NCBI GenBank assembly: GCA_964016885.1
Contig: OZ024740.1
Span: 63,426,001-63,490,000 of the forward strand
Length of the DNA: 64,000 nt
Direction: 5' to 3'
From: Eledone cirrhosa
Lineage: Eukaryota
The notes below the pieces were generated by a model that worked only from the letters and a program-made list of their open reading frames with translations, was not told where the DNA came from and made no database searches. Below, piece by piece: positions 1-12,329 of this stretch. Numbering within the stretch: position 1 is the first letter of the stretch; each line of letters starts with the position of its first letter. The translations under genes and the position numbers were made by a program.

Positions 1-790
1 GGGAACTACTACCACTGCTAGCTGCAAAAGGCTTCTCCCTCAGAATGAAAGGCAGACTGTATGATGCGTGTATCCGAACAGCGATGTTGCATGGTAGTGA
101 GACCTGGGCGCTGAAGGTGGAAGACTTACGTAGATTAGAGAGAAACGAAGCCTGCATGCTCCGATGGATGTGTAACAGTAATATACGTGAACAACAAAGC
201 ATAAATGAATTGAGAGAGAGACTGAGCATAAGAGGAATCAAATGCTGCGTGCAGGAGAGGCGGTTACGCTGGTATGGACATGTGATGCGTATGAAGGATG
301 ACAGCTGCATAAAAAGGTGCAGAGCACTAGAAGTTGATGGAAACCGCGGAGTGGGGAGACCCAAGATGACTTGGGATGAGGTGATAAAAGCCGACCTTAC
401 CCAACTACACCTCTCAAAGACAATGACACACGACCGTGACTTCTGGCGTCACGCAGTAATACAGGGTACCCGACCTCCCATGGGTACATGCTGAAGCATA
501 TAAACAATATGCCCCCACTCCCCCCACCGCAAGGTGGTCGTGGAGGTGCCACGGCAAAAAAGCACCCAGCCCACACTGTAAAGTGGACGTGTAGGCGCCA
601 CGAAAAAGCACCCAGCACTCACTGTAAATGAGGTTGGTGTTAGGAAGGGCATCCAGCTGTAGAAATCAAGCCAGATCAGTTCCTGTATGAGCAAGGCATG
701 GTCAGCCGACCAGACACTGCCCACAACAGGACAACCCGTCTAACCCATGCTAGCGTGGAAGAACGGACGTAAAACGGTGATGATGATGAT
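1..790 (+). mobile_element. RTE-clade LINE, 3' fragment (C-terminal end of ORF, 3' UTR, (GAT)n tail); runs off the window start
   Basis: ORF 45-494 has RTE C-terminal motifs (LYDACIRTAMLHGSETW, RRLRWYGHVMRM, GRPKMTW). The 3' UTR contains AGGAAGGGCATCCAGC and ends in GATGATGAT at about 779-790. Confidence 0.9.
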
Positions 791-916
791 CCTATCCTGT
801 TGACTTCACCTTCCACAGTTATTTCTTTCTTCAGTCCAGAAGGATCACTGCTTTTTCTGACAATGAGTTTCATAAAGGTTGTTCATAAGGAAACTTTGAG
901 TACTGCAAAATTGATA

Positions 917-1444
917 TACCATTTATACCGGCGTACAAGTCAATCCGGTGCATAGGTCGACCTCTAAAATTCTGAGGTGTAATTCAGGTTTAGGTCTATA
1001 TTTGCTGGATAAGATACCCCCCCCCCCCCAAATAACGCAATTGCAGGGGAAATAATTCAGAAAATTTAGTGGCGCGCTAAAGGCTAAAACACTTCGTCTA
1101 GAACACTTCAGTTGCAAGTGAATTCTAACTCACTGAGTAAACCAGCCTAGCCTAACCTTAACAAACCTATGATAACCTACCCTATGAGCTACGGCAAGTC
1201 ATTGATATTATTATAATCTCTACGTTAAATAGACTTAACAAATATGAGATTCAGTAGGAAATAATTGTGATGGGCTACTAGAATTATTGTAAGTGGTGTA
1301 CAACAAGTGTTAGGCAGGCAGTTTCACTGTTTACCCCTCAGTGGTAAAGGGTCACATTTTATATTCGGCAGACAAGTCGACCCCTGGTTTTGGAGAGATA
1401 TTTTTAGGCTCCAAATGTCGATTTGTACGCTGGCATATATGGTA
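917..1444. mobile_element. Non-autonomous Tc1/mariner (pogo/Tigger-like) DNA transposon / MITE
   Basis: Imperfect terminal inverted repeats TACCATTTATACCGGCGTACAAGTC ... GATTTGTACGCTGGCATATATGGTA with TA at both ends; no transposase ORF. Confidence 0.7.
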
Positions 1445-1689
1445 GTTTTAATATCTAATGGGGATAATTATATCAAATGATATTTTTTTCATATTACCAT
1501 GTTTTTTGTATTGTTTGGTTTATTGTTTTATTGTTTCTCCTTAACTGCTTAGTGGGGGAAAGAAGAGTAGCACTTGCAAGAAAAAAGAGGAGACGATAAA
1601 AAAAACGAGCTATGATTATTATAACCATCAGTTTTGATGGTACCAATATGCAAGCTCTAAGGATTAATAAATAAACTTTGCTTTTGTAG

Positions 1690-1897
1690 GTGATCTCTTA
1701 TTGGCAGAGGAAGCCTCACCGTGATGTGCACAGGTTTGAGAAAATCAGCAATATAATCAAACAATTTAAGTTGAGTTGTACGAAGGTTGCTGCCTCTTTT
1801 CAAAGTATGGAAGTACGTAATTCACGCTTTGCTGCTTTTGTTGACGCTTTCACTTCCAACACTTACGTAATGGTCATCATGGCTGATTCTTCAATCA
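1690..1897 (+). CDS. RRAGA: Ras-related GTP-binding protein A/B (RagA/B), penultimate coding exon (C-terminal roadblock domain)
   Basis: Translation [69 protein letters not shown] closely matches the RagA/B C-terminus. Acceptor TTTTGTAG ends at 1689; donor GTAAGT starts at 1898 (phase 1). Upstream exons lie outside the window. Confidence 0.96.
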
Positions 1898-2363
1898 GTA
1901 AGTATTAAACAACCGCTTTGATTTTTTGTAAGCAATCATCTTTTTGTCTTTTGTTAGATTCCTTTTAGTACACTTACATGCATGTGTATAGTTGTCATTA
2001 TCAAGTATTTTAAGCCATGCTACCTGAAAAAACAGAGGTTAGCCTTGCATGTCTTGTGACTAGCTTCATAGCAATCATGGTGTATTTTTGGAGCAATGTT
2101 TTATGGTCAGATGCACTTCCTGGCACCAACCTTTTTAGGCACCTCTTACGACACACACAGATATAGTGTACCTATTCTAAACTGGATACACAGAGCAGAA
2201 TATAGCATCATGCCTAAATCATAACAGTTTCATTTCTATGAAAGTACATAGCCTATGATAATGATAATGAAATTATTGTGTAAAGTGCTCAGGTGCACTA
2301 CAACTCGTCAATATAGTACATAGAATAATACACAAATGTCAGGGAAGTACATGTGTGTGTGTG

Positions 2364-5121
2364 TTAGCTGTAGTGTTGGTGGATCTCGGGAAGCATGGAG
2401 GCCTTAAAGGATGCAGTGTCTCGACAGCTAACAACTGATGCAGGTAGTTTGTTCCATGCTTCAGCAACTCTGAGCATGAAAAAATGTTTCCGAAAGTCAT
2501 GGGAACTGTGCTGTTTTCTTACTTTGTGGGCATGTCCACGTGTGTTAGACACATGGAAATCAAAAAGGTACTCAGGGTTGTTGTTGGCAAGATGGTTAAC
2601 AATTTTGTGGGTGTTTACCAAGTCAGTTGCCAGGCGTCGGAGCTTCAATGAATCCATGCCCAGGGAAGCAAGGCGCTCAGAGTATGGTAGATGCCTGATG
2701 GAGGGTATTCGCTTGGTTGCACGTCTCTGAACAGTTTCCAGGCGGTCAATGTCCTGAGCAAGATAGGGATTCCAGACTGGTGATACAAATTCTAAGTGTG
2801 GTCGCACCATAGCTGTATACAGCCTTAAATAGATATCTGGAAAGCGGCTGACAAAGGTCTTGCTGAGTGATGCTAAGACACCCTCGGCCCGCTTGACAAT
2901 TTTAGAGACGTGCTTCGTCCAACGCAAATCGCTGCTGACCGTAATGCCCAGGTCACGTTCACAGGAAGACTTCTTGATATTAGTGCTGTGGAGGGAGTAT
3001 GTGGACGCTGGGTTTTTACTCCCAAAATGCATGGTGGTGCACTTGTCCACAGCTAGCTTGAGTTGCCAGTCTGAGATCCATTGTTGCATTGTGTCCAGGT
3101 TAGACTGCAAGCAAGATCTATAGTGTTCAGGATCTGTCCTTTTTATCTCAAGGTACAGCTTGATGTCGGCTGCGTACTTTAGAACTGTGGCATTCCTTAA
3201 GTTGGCATCTATGTCATTAATATATGCCACAAACAAAAGGGGGCCAAGAACAGATCCCTGTGGTACACCAGATGACATCTCATATGGTGAGGAATGCTGT
3301 TCCAGAACCGTGACTACCTCTCTTCGACTGAGAATGAAGGACTTCAACCAGTTAAAAAGATCATCCTTCACACCCATTGCAGAGAGTTTTGCCATAAGCC
3401 TTTCGTGTGGCACAGAATTGAAGGCCTTCGCAAAGTCAAGGTAAACAACATCCACCCATGAGCCGCCATCAGTGATCCGGGTGATGTCCTCAAGAAACTC
3501 TATAAGTTGATCACAGCAGCTGGAGTTGGGGATAAATCCAAATTGCGAGGGCCGGATAAGACTGTGAGAGCTCCAGAAGTTCCAAAGTGTTTCTCTGACA
3601 CAGGATTCCATCAGTTTGGCGATGCAACTAGTAAGACTGACTTGCCGATAGTTCACAGGTGATGTGCGGTCACCCTTTTTGAACAGAGGAATGACACTGG
3701 CAGTTTTCCACTGTTCTGGAGTAGCACTGTTGTTCAGACAGAATTGGAAGAAGCGTGATAACTGGTGTAGAAGGAAGTACCCACCACGTTTAAGAAGCAA
3801 GTACGTAACACCATCAAGACCAGGAGAGGCATGGTTGCGTTTATTTTTTAGGTGACGTCGCAGCATTGCAGGTGTAAATTCCATGGTTGTAATAGAGTCC
3901 GGTGTCATAGGTGGTGATGGTACACTCTGGTCTTCAATAGTGAAAATGCCTGCATAGCATTCAGCAATGAGCTCTGCGCATTCCTTGGGGTCGTCAGTAA
4001 CCTGGCTTGTGTGGGGATTGCGAAGAGGACCAACTGGAGAGTGAGGCCTCTGCTTTGAGTGAACATACTTCCAGAACACCTTACTGTCAGGGCTGGCTGC
4101 TATGCGCTACTCAAATTGAAGCACTGCCTTTTTTGTCACCTGTTTGAGGTGGTTGGATGATTTATTTCGCCTCTTCCTATTAATGTCTGATTTGTGAAGT
4201 TTGTACTCACGTTCAGCATTGCGCCGTTCTTTTCTGGCAAGACGGACTGCTGCAGTCTCTCAAATTGCGCTTTTGGGATGTTTTTTCCGCTTACGTGGCA
4301 CCGATGCTGCATATGCTGTCCATATTGAGCTCAGGATGTTCTGGAGTACAGTGTTGACATCTCCAGAGTCGTAGAACTCGAGCCAGTTTGGCCGTTGCAA
4401 CTCGGTGCAGTAACAGTTCCAGTCTGCTTTATTCCAGTCAAAGTGAGCAGTTTGGAGATGGTTGTGGTTCTTGTTACTGCCCATGAGGGATAGATTGGCA
4501 ATGATCATAGCATGATCAGAGTCACCTAAAGGTTCCTCAGCAGTAACACTAATGACCGTTTCAGGAGTAGTGGTGAAGAGTAGGTCCAAAGTGTTGTCAC
4601 CTCTCGTTGGGGAGGTGACCACTTGGGACCAACTCGAGTCCAGCACCAGCTCAAGGAAGTCATTTGCACTTGGCGGCCAACGAAAGGTCTCCCAGTCAAT
4701 CTCAGGGCGATTGAAGTCACCTGCAATGAAAACAAGTGGCTGTCTTCCTGGCAGCAGCTCTGAGGATATCACAAAGTTGAGTGTCCTGATGGTAATTTGG
4801 GGGACGGTAAACGACTCCAAGTAGCAGTGTTGACATGGTCATACGTATATCGCAGAAAAAAACTTCCTGCTGTGATTGGTTCAAATCAGCACAAGGAATT
4901 GCCGACAGATTTGTCCGAACGTAGACCATTACACCACCACCACGACGATTAATGCGGTCTTTACGAAACAGGTTGCAGCCATTCATGCTGAAAACCCCAT
5001 CACAGAGTAAGGGATGTGCCCAAGTTTCCGTGACTGTAATGAAGTCCGGGTTGATACTTTTGACGTAGGAGTCAAAAAGATGAATCTTATTGCATAGACT
5101 GCGTGCATTCAAGGACAACAA
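2364..5121 (-). pseudogene. LINE ORF2 (APE endonuclease + reverse transcriptase), disrupted
   Basis: Split into ORFs 4717-5121, 4260-4820 and 2364-4079 by a frameshift and stops. RT motifs YLDFAKAFNSV and GVPQGSVLGP are present, but catalytic YADD reads YAAD. Confidence 0.92.
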
Positions 5122-5177
5122 TTTGTACCTTGATTCCAGTCTATGATTATGTGCAGAGGGTGGCAGGTTGTTCTGAT

Positions 5178-6351
5178 TTATTTTCCCAGAGTTTTTTCAG
5201 TTTCTTTATTGTCAGTTGTTGTGGGTACAGTGTTTTCAGACCAGCTGGTGTCTCTTTTCCATGATTCGCCAGCCTTAACAAACTTCCATATCTGCCCATC
5301 ATCTCGTAGGCTGAAGCTTTCATGTTCTGCCGAGCTGCAGTTTAAGGAAGCTGCAGCACGCAACTTTGGCCGGACATCAGGTGGAAGACCAGGGCGTGTT
5401 CGGAAAGCAATCCGACTTTCACGCCTAGCTTTATCAGAGGCTGCAAGGTATGAACATGCCTCAGTTGAGTTTGAAAACGACAGTCTAATTAACCTGGGTT
5501 TCGGGCCTGGTCGGCCAAGGCGTAGAGCACCCTTTGCGGGAGCACAGCCCAGGTCTTTGGATGAACTGGCAGCAAATGCCTGAAGATCAACTATGTCTTC
5601 CGGCACACCAATGGCAATCACTTCGTGGTTTGCAGATTCAGTGGCATTCTCAATGTGTCTAGGTTCAACATGAGGTACGCGGAGATTTTTTAACAAGGCA
5701 CTCCGGTAAGATCCCTCATTGTGGGGTTCTACACGAACGCTTGATTTTATTTCCACTATTTCTTGACTTAAAGCGGAAATCATTTGCCGTATTTCCTCAA
5801 ACTCTGTATTGACGGTCGGTTTTTGTTGTTGTTCTTCTCCTTCAACAGGCATGGTAGAAGACACAGTTGTCGGTTGTTGTTGATGAAGTCCTTCAACGGG
5901 GGTAGTAGCAGAAGCTACAGTCGTTGGTTTTTGCTGTTGTTCAGGAACAATGGTAGAGGAAGACACGATCCTCGGTTTTTGTTGTTGTTGTTCGGGAACA
6001 ATGGTAGAAGACACGATCTTCGGTCTTTGTTGTTGTTCCGCAGCAATGGGAGACCAGGCACTGAAAGGACCAGTTTGTTAGCTGGACCATCTTCCAGAGT
6101 CTATCCATCGTAGCAATATGATGTTTCTTATTTTGGCCTGGGATCTTCCGGAAGCCTGTGGCGCATTGAAGGCAGACAGAGATGCGACAGGTTCCACATT
6201 CGACCCAACGATTACGGAACGAGTTTTCGGGTTCCGTACAGATATGGCAGGTGTGATCTTCTGGGCAATGTTCTATTTTGGAACATCGACCAGTTTTGTC
6301 GCATACTTCATCGATGGATATCACCATGGCAATTTTGTTATTTCTGCCCAT
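5178..6351 (-). pseudogene. LINE ORF1 (frameshifted) with N-terminal PHD-like Cys cluster, Gln/Thr-rich repeats and coiled coil
   Basis: ATG at 6351; CHIC..WVECGTC..VCLQC motif; frameshift near 6030-6050 into ORF 5178-6014, which has repeated S-T-I-V-P-E-Q-Q-Q-K-P units. Confidence 0.7.
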
Positions 6352-7119
6352 CCGTAGAAAAACACAGAATGTAAACAATATAGGTTTAGCCCACTTGATT
6401 ACGATAGAAATAAAATGTCTGTTTTTTTGTGTATTTTGTTTCCGTTTTCCTAAATGTTGTGTGTGTACAGAAGAGTCTGTGCATGTAAACAAATAAATAT
6501 GCTGCGTAAATTAAATGAAACGTACTGTAGAAGGCAATTGTTTATTAACAGCGAAATAACGTTTTTTTTTCCTGATACTGCTTCTTTATAATAAACTTTC
6601 AATAATATTTTTTTCAAATTATTAACTTTCAGCTGCTAGTATATATATATAATTAAAAGGTGTATGTGGGTTAGAAGCGAAGTCAATGTTCAGAAATATT
6701 TTACCAATGTAAATTGGTAAAATTGGACGGTATAGTGTCTCACACGAAATAGTGTGGTTTCTTTTCATGTGTGTGTATATGCATATGGTATATATCTGTA
6801 TATAAATCTGTGTGTATATTGTTGTTTATATGTTTTGTGGAGTACTTACTGCGATCCTTAAGGGATGTAGTGATTTGTTTTGTTTTTTTCCTTTTACCCC
6901 GTCCATGTCCACACGTGGTTTGTTGGCGAAAATCAAGTCAAATTATATATACTTCGTTAAGATAATTCTATCTTGAAACTGGTACTAGTTGTCAGGGAAC
7001 AGTCAAAGTAATTGTAATAATGAATATTGTAATCCATCTGACATGTGTTTAAAGGGCAGTTTTTTGTGAAAATATTATATTTTGTTTGGTCAAGACGTGG
7101 TCAAGCGACCTTCCTTGTC

Positions 7120-7315
7120 GCCATTTTGGCCGGATATGTGGTTAAAGTGTGGAGCTCATGATTTTAATTTCACTTGTTCAATTCCCTGACTGGTTGGCAC
7201 ATTGTGTCCTTCATTTCACATTGCAACATTAGGGGATTAACTTTGCAACAGACTCTCAGTCACTTAAAACCATATGAAACTGGAATAAGTGCCAGCCTAA
7301 GCTTCTAGGCTTAAG
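7120..7315 (+). mobile_element. Degenerate tRNA-derived SINE
   Basis: GTGGTTAAAGTG and TGTTCAATTCC A/B-box-like motifs followed by CATTGTGTCCTT...ATTTCACATTGC, resembling the SINE at 11020. Confidence 0.5.
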
Positions 7316-7356
7316 AAAAACTTCAACATTTTAAACTAAAATAGTTATTTCTAGAA

Positions 7357-7620
7357 CAGTTGTTCTCAAACATATTTTATCATGGAACCCTTATATGATT
7401 TTTTTTTAAATCTCAGAACCCCTACCTACCTTTTACTGAGAGATCCAACCATTTTAGATTTAATAATACATCAAACGAAATAAAAATTGTTTTCGGAAAG
7501 AAATTGTTTCATTAAAAAAAAAACAATATATAAATTTTTATTGAAATTTATTAAAAGCACCTTATCTTGTAAAACTCCACAATTGTTTCTTTCTTGTAGA
7601 ACTCATTTTAGGAAACACTA
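7357..7620. mobile_element. hAT (Charlie-like) MITE
   Basis: Termini CAGTTGTTCTCAAA ... TTAGGAAACACTA, flanked by an exact 8-bp duplication TTCTAGAA (7349-7356 and 7621-7628) that fits the Charlie NTCTAGAN target preference. Confidence 0.8.
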
Positions 7621-7877
7621 TTCTAGAAAGTTCTTTTTTCTAAAAGGCTGTGATATGAAGAATTTTAATTACAGAAGTAATTTTCAACTTCAAGAAGCCT
7701 ACATCCTGATCAGCTTACTTTTATAAATAAGTGGTTTCTTTTTATAAGCTTGAGACAATTTGGTGAGAGATATGGTTGTATTATTCAACTTGGTGCATAT
7801 GTATATGTAATATTGTAATGTTTGCTTCTTAATCACCCTTGTGACAAAATCTAAAAATAACTTATATTTTCTTCTAG

Positions 7878-7975
7878 CTTCAGCAGCCACATTGTTAAAC
7901 ATCAAGAATGCCCGGCAACATTTTGAGCGTCTCGAAAAAGAAGAACTAGCCCGTGCTCCAATGGTATCACGATAA
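7878..7975 (+). CDS. RRAGA: RagA/B terminal coding exon
   Basis: Acceptor TTTTCTTCTAG ends at 7877. Phase-compatible with the exon ending at 1897 (A|CT = Thr). Reads TSAATLLNIKNARQHFERLEKEELARAPMVSR-stop (TAA 7973-7975), like SAATLINIRNARKHFEKLE in vertebrate RagA. Confidence 0.95.
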
Positions 7976-8890
7976 TAAAACTTGATAAGAATATATTTAA
8001 GAAGATATTGATTGTTCTTTGTTGTTAAAACTGCTGTTCAGTTATCAATGTACAGCAGCACCACTTATCAAACAAATGATACTCTAAACATTTTCATGTT
8101 TTGTTTTGTTTTTCTAATTAAACAAATTAAAAGCCTTTTGCCCAGTGAAAACTTACTGTTTTTAACAGAAAACAGAAGAGTCTCAAAACACTTGAAGTCC
8201 CACATTAAATTGTCTTCTAGTCTCTGTCTTTGTTTATCTTCGTTTTAATTTGCTAAAATATTAATGATAATAATGACTGATTAATTTCTTTATAATGTGG
8301 ATTCTTACATCCAGTAAGATATACTATTGACCAAGATTTTGCCTGCAAAGCTCCTTCACAAGTATATCTTTCTGGCCACTGTCCTTTCTAATCATGCTCC
8401 AAATGTGAGACTATTACACTCCAAATTTTTGGTTTACTCAGTTTTTAAATATTCTCATTTAAATTATAAAAAATCATGGTTATTGTATAATCAAAATTAG
8501 ATATTTTTTTTGTTTTGTTTTTGTGATAAATAATACATTTTTCTTTTTTGCGTTCATATATTTTTTAAATTAAAACAGATTGATAATATTGAAAAACTAG
8601 TCTTTTCTTTGTTTTTAAAGTTTATCCTGGGTGAAAGTATTTCTTTGAAATTTTAATTATGTTACAAGGGCAATTTACATTAGTTTTATTTGGTAACATT
8701 GTGTTTTAGTTGGCTCTATCTATGACTTATATATACTAACAGAATCTCTCAAGTCTGTTTTCTGCTGGTTTATGTAATATATATATGTTGTTTCTTCTTA
8801 TATATAGAACTACATTGTCTAATGCATCATATTCTAATGTAAAATAATTGGAGTTTGACATAAAATTAAAATGGTGATATATCAGAATAC
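7976..8890 (+). other. Probable RagA 3' UTR
   Basis: Repeat-free U/A-rich sequence after the stop. Candidate poly(A) signals: AATAAA at 7974-7979 and ATTAAA at 8865-8870. The true end is not determinable. Confidence 0.45.
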
Positions 8891-9509
8891 TTATAGCTGA
8901 CTGGAAACAGATTGTTTTGTGTGTTTAAGCTTTGATCCAAGGCAAAGTTTGTACAGGTGACACTAAAGAAATTCATAATGGAGGCTCTGGAGCTAATGCA
9001 CATGAGTGAATGATTACAGCTCATAGTGCTGAAGATGTGTCAATCATACAAGACCTTGGAAATGGATAAATTAAATGAGTGAGACATCAAAGTTGAGATA
9101 CTCACAATCTACAACTGTCAGGCCTGTGAGAGTATGTTTGAAAGATTTGCAAGAGAAACACCAAAACCTATTTAGGTAATCAGGCCATCATATGTCCTAC
9201 TAATGAGGTACAGCAAAATATGACAAGTACATGATACCATTTTTTCCAGTCTTGGAGAGACTTTATGAAAGCTCTAACAAAGTGGGCAATGAAACTCTAC
9301 ATTTAATGGAATTCATCAATCATCTCAACCTATCAGGATTCCTTTTGCATGTCCTGGCACTTAAAATATTAGTGCCTGCCTAGTCATGATGGAGGACGAC
9401 ATCACACTTGCACATTCCAATTTTTTGCATAGGTTCTATGGCTGGATCACCTTCATAACACCAACAGAAGTACTTGGTGCATTTTATTGTCACCAGCACT
9501 AGAGATGTT

Positions 9510-9720
9510 ATAATGATAATGAAAATTAGTGTGTACAGTGCTCAAGTGCACAACTCATCAGAGTGCATGTATAGTACATAGAATAAGGCACAAATGTCAG
9601 GAAAGTGAACAGTGTAAGAGTCATGATATACTCACAGATACATGCGTGCATATATATATGGGGAGGAGGGGGGGGGTATCAGGTGTAGTGTTGGCGAATT
9701 TTGGGAAGTATGGTCTTTGA
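9510..9720 (-). mobile_element. Short 3' fragment of the same CR1-group LINE family
   Basis: TAATGATAATGAAAATT..GTGTACAGTGCTCAAGTGCAC..AACTCATCA matches 2260-2345 and 30301-30490. Confidence 0.75.
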
Positions 9721-10242
9721 CAAGATTAAGGAGTCATCTTTACCCTACATTGTCTCCATTCAATCAACTACATCACTGAGTGCACTCTGTAATGTAGTTA
9801 GTCCATTCTTGCAAGGCAATGTAATTTGAAAGAGATTGACAGCCAGTTAGTTAAATGAGTAGAGTATGAATATTTGTGTGAAACAAAAACATAGATCTAG
9901 GATTGTAATGGAGAAAGATAATAGTAGCTACATGCTGATTGTTAGTAGGGATGTGTCATGGTGGAAGAGAGCTAGTGATGTATAGCAGCAGCAGACAGGT
10001 CTTTTCCAAGTCAATGAATTTTAAATAAAGAATCTTACTCCTAGCTAAATACTTCTCTTGCTGTTGATTCATTAAGAAGATGTGGCATCAGTAGTACCTC
10101 TCCCTGACACAAAACTGAACTGCATTTTGTCATGGCTATTTCTGTTCCTAATTAGTTATGCTATCACACCTTCATAACTTGGTCCAACAATTCAATGACT
10201 ATAACTTCTTCCTAGTACATCATCTTTACTCCTGCAGCAGTT

Positions 10243-10331
10243 GGCTCAAGGCCAGCAAATACCCCAGTGCATTACTGGTGCTTTATTTTATTGACCCAGT
10301 AAGGATGAAAGGCAAAGTTAACCTTGGCGGT
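10243..10331 (-). mobile_element. SINE fragment (family of 11782 and 46552)
   Basis: CAAGGCCAGCAA..CCAGTGCATTACTGGTGCTTTATTTTATTGACCC..AGGATGAAAGGCAAAGTTAACCT. Confidence 0.75.
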
Positions 10332-11019
10332 TGATGATAATGCTGCTATGCCAGTTATTGGATATGACATCTTTATGTACTATGGAAGTGACTAGCTTCT
10401 TCCCTACTCGGTTGAATAACTTAATCATCTTAGATTTTATCTCAGATTGGTCAGCTACATTTCCTACCTCCATGTCCTTAATTGCAATTGTATAATGCTG
10501 TTAACTTGGATGACTGGTTCGTCTGTCTGGTCTTCTTGGAGTTAGGCCCTCACTCACACACACATTCTCCTCATTCAGAAAGCTCTCATAATAGCACTCC
10601 ATGCCTCGTTTTTTGGGGTGTCAGCAAAATTAAGTATGCTCCTAACATTCCATAACCACTTTCTGCAACGATGTTTCGGTTATTTCTAGTATATATATAT
10701 ATATATATATATTTAAGTAGCAATTTGGTTTTTATTTCATTGCCTATGTGGTCAGGGTAAATCACTTACCCAAGAAATCATCACATCATCATCATAGTGA
10801 ACACTTGATCACATGTACACCCGCAATCTCTGGTCACACACGTACAGGCACATCAATCTCCCTTTGCCTACATGCTACACAAAGTTGACCACATCACAAA
10901 GGAACAAGAATCACAATACTAACTAACATCACCATATCTTCTCACACTATGTATGTTCTGCTTTTATAATTTCATAAATCTTTCCCAATATAGAGAGTCG
11001 GTTTCTAACATAGAAACAT

Positions 11020-11360
11020 GGAGGCACATGGCTTAGTGGTTAGAGCATTGGCCTTGCAAACGAAAGGTTGTGAGTTCAATTCTCAGACTGGGTGATGTGT
11101 TGTTTCCTTGAGCAAGACACTTTATTTCACATTGCTCCAGTTTACTCAGCTGTAGAAATGAGATGATAGGGACTGGGGTCCATATCATTCCACTGCAAAG
11201 TGGTCGTGTAGGTGCCACGAAAAAAAACGCCCAGCACTCACTGTAAATGAGGTTGGTGTTAGGAAGGGCATCCAGCTGTAGAAATCAAGCCAGAATCAGT
11301 TCCCGTCCCACCCTTGCAAGCAGGGAAATAGCGGACATAAAATGAAACAAAACGAAACAA
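11020..11360 (+). mobile_element. tRNA-derived SINE with CORE-like central domain and RTE-related 3' tail
   Basis: A box TGGCTTAGTGG, B box GAGTTCAATTC, CORE-like TGTTTCCTTGAGCAAGACACTT; the 3' part matches RTE 3' UTRs at 590-685 and 30169-30210. Confidence 0.85.
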
Positions 11361-11781
11361 GACTCTTTCATTGGAATTTAGACAACATCAACTAGGTAGA
11401 TATAGATGTATATGTTTTGAGTTATATGTGTGCATGTGTATATGCTTTGTATCTGTACATGCAGTTATTACGTGCAGAAGTTTCGAAATGTTTTACATAC
11501 TTATGTATGTATGTGTGTCCCATACGGTGACCCCACTGGTCCTGTGGAAAGCACAACTCTCTTCTGTCACCTGTGTTGTAAACCATGCAGATCTACAGTT
11601 GGTCTACAATGAAAAATCAATGAGACGGCAATCGACTGTAAAGACGCTGCAATCCTCATGTATGTATAAAGCATTGAATGTATCTCAAGCATCATATTTG
11701 TATGTATAGTGGATTGTGTAGTTTGTTTGTAGAATGTGCAGTTCAAGATAAAGTAAGTAGAGGGAGAAGCTAGAATATAAT

Positions 11782-11984
11782 GATTTCTACTATAGGCACA
11801 AGGCCAGCAATTTCAGGAGAGGGGAAAGTCGATTAAATCGACACCAGTGCATTACTGGTACTTTATTTTATCGACCCCGTAAGGATGAAAATCAAAGCTA
11901 ACCTCGGCGGGATTTGAACTCAGAATGTAAAGGGCTGAAAGCATGTTGTCCGACGCTCTACCGATGCTGCCAATCTGCTGCCCT
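11782..11984 (-). mobile_element. Full-length tRNA-derived SINE with target-site duplication
   Basis: Minus-strand B box GAGTTCAAATCC; exact 17-bp TSD AGAAGCTAGAATATAAT at 11765-11781 and 11985-12001. Confidence 0.9.
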
Positions 11985-12329
11985 AGAAGCTAGAATATAA
12001 TAAAATACAATAAACGATATAAAACTTGTTAAAAATGGTTTACATTTTGTGTTTTGTTGTTCGTTCATGGGAAGGTAGAGGTGTAGAAAGATGAGTGTGT
12101 TAGGGTTAGAATTAGGATTAGTGTTAGTATAGTTACCGTGAACAGTCACGTGACTGTCCACAAGCCTTGTTGCTGGGTTAGTATTGTTCACTTGATAGAG
12201 AGGGCTTTCGGATTATAATCAGGAACGAGGCGGAGGAAATATATAAAATATTTAATAAACTACGCAACACCAAGTTCAACATTGAACAGCCAATAGCTGA
12301 TTTTTTCCTAAGTCTACCTGACTTCACCA

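Larger units (their letters stand above)
2256..6500 (-). mobile_element. Near full-length CR1/L2-group LINE inserted antisense in the last RagA intron
   Basis: On the minus strand: ORF1, then APE endonuclease (LNARS, VTETW, GDFN, SDH), then RT, then a short 3' UTR and (CATTAT)-like tail near 2256-2270. The 5' boundary is approximate and no TSD was found. Confidence 0.9.

Noticed and set aside
2395-5583. Multiple + strand ORFs opposite the LINE (and similar ones at 30620-31522, 40306-43274 and 48950-49831)
   Set aside because: Antisense shadows of LINE ORFs with no recognisable motifs.
11020-11095. tRNA gene
   Set aside because: The A/B boxes belong to a SINE head continuing into CORE-like and LINE-derived sequence; no complete cloverleaf or terminator.
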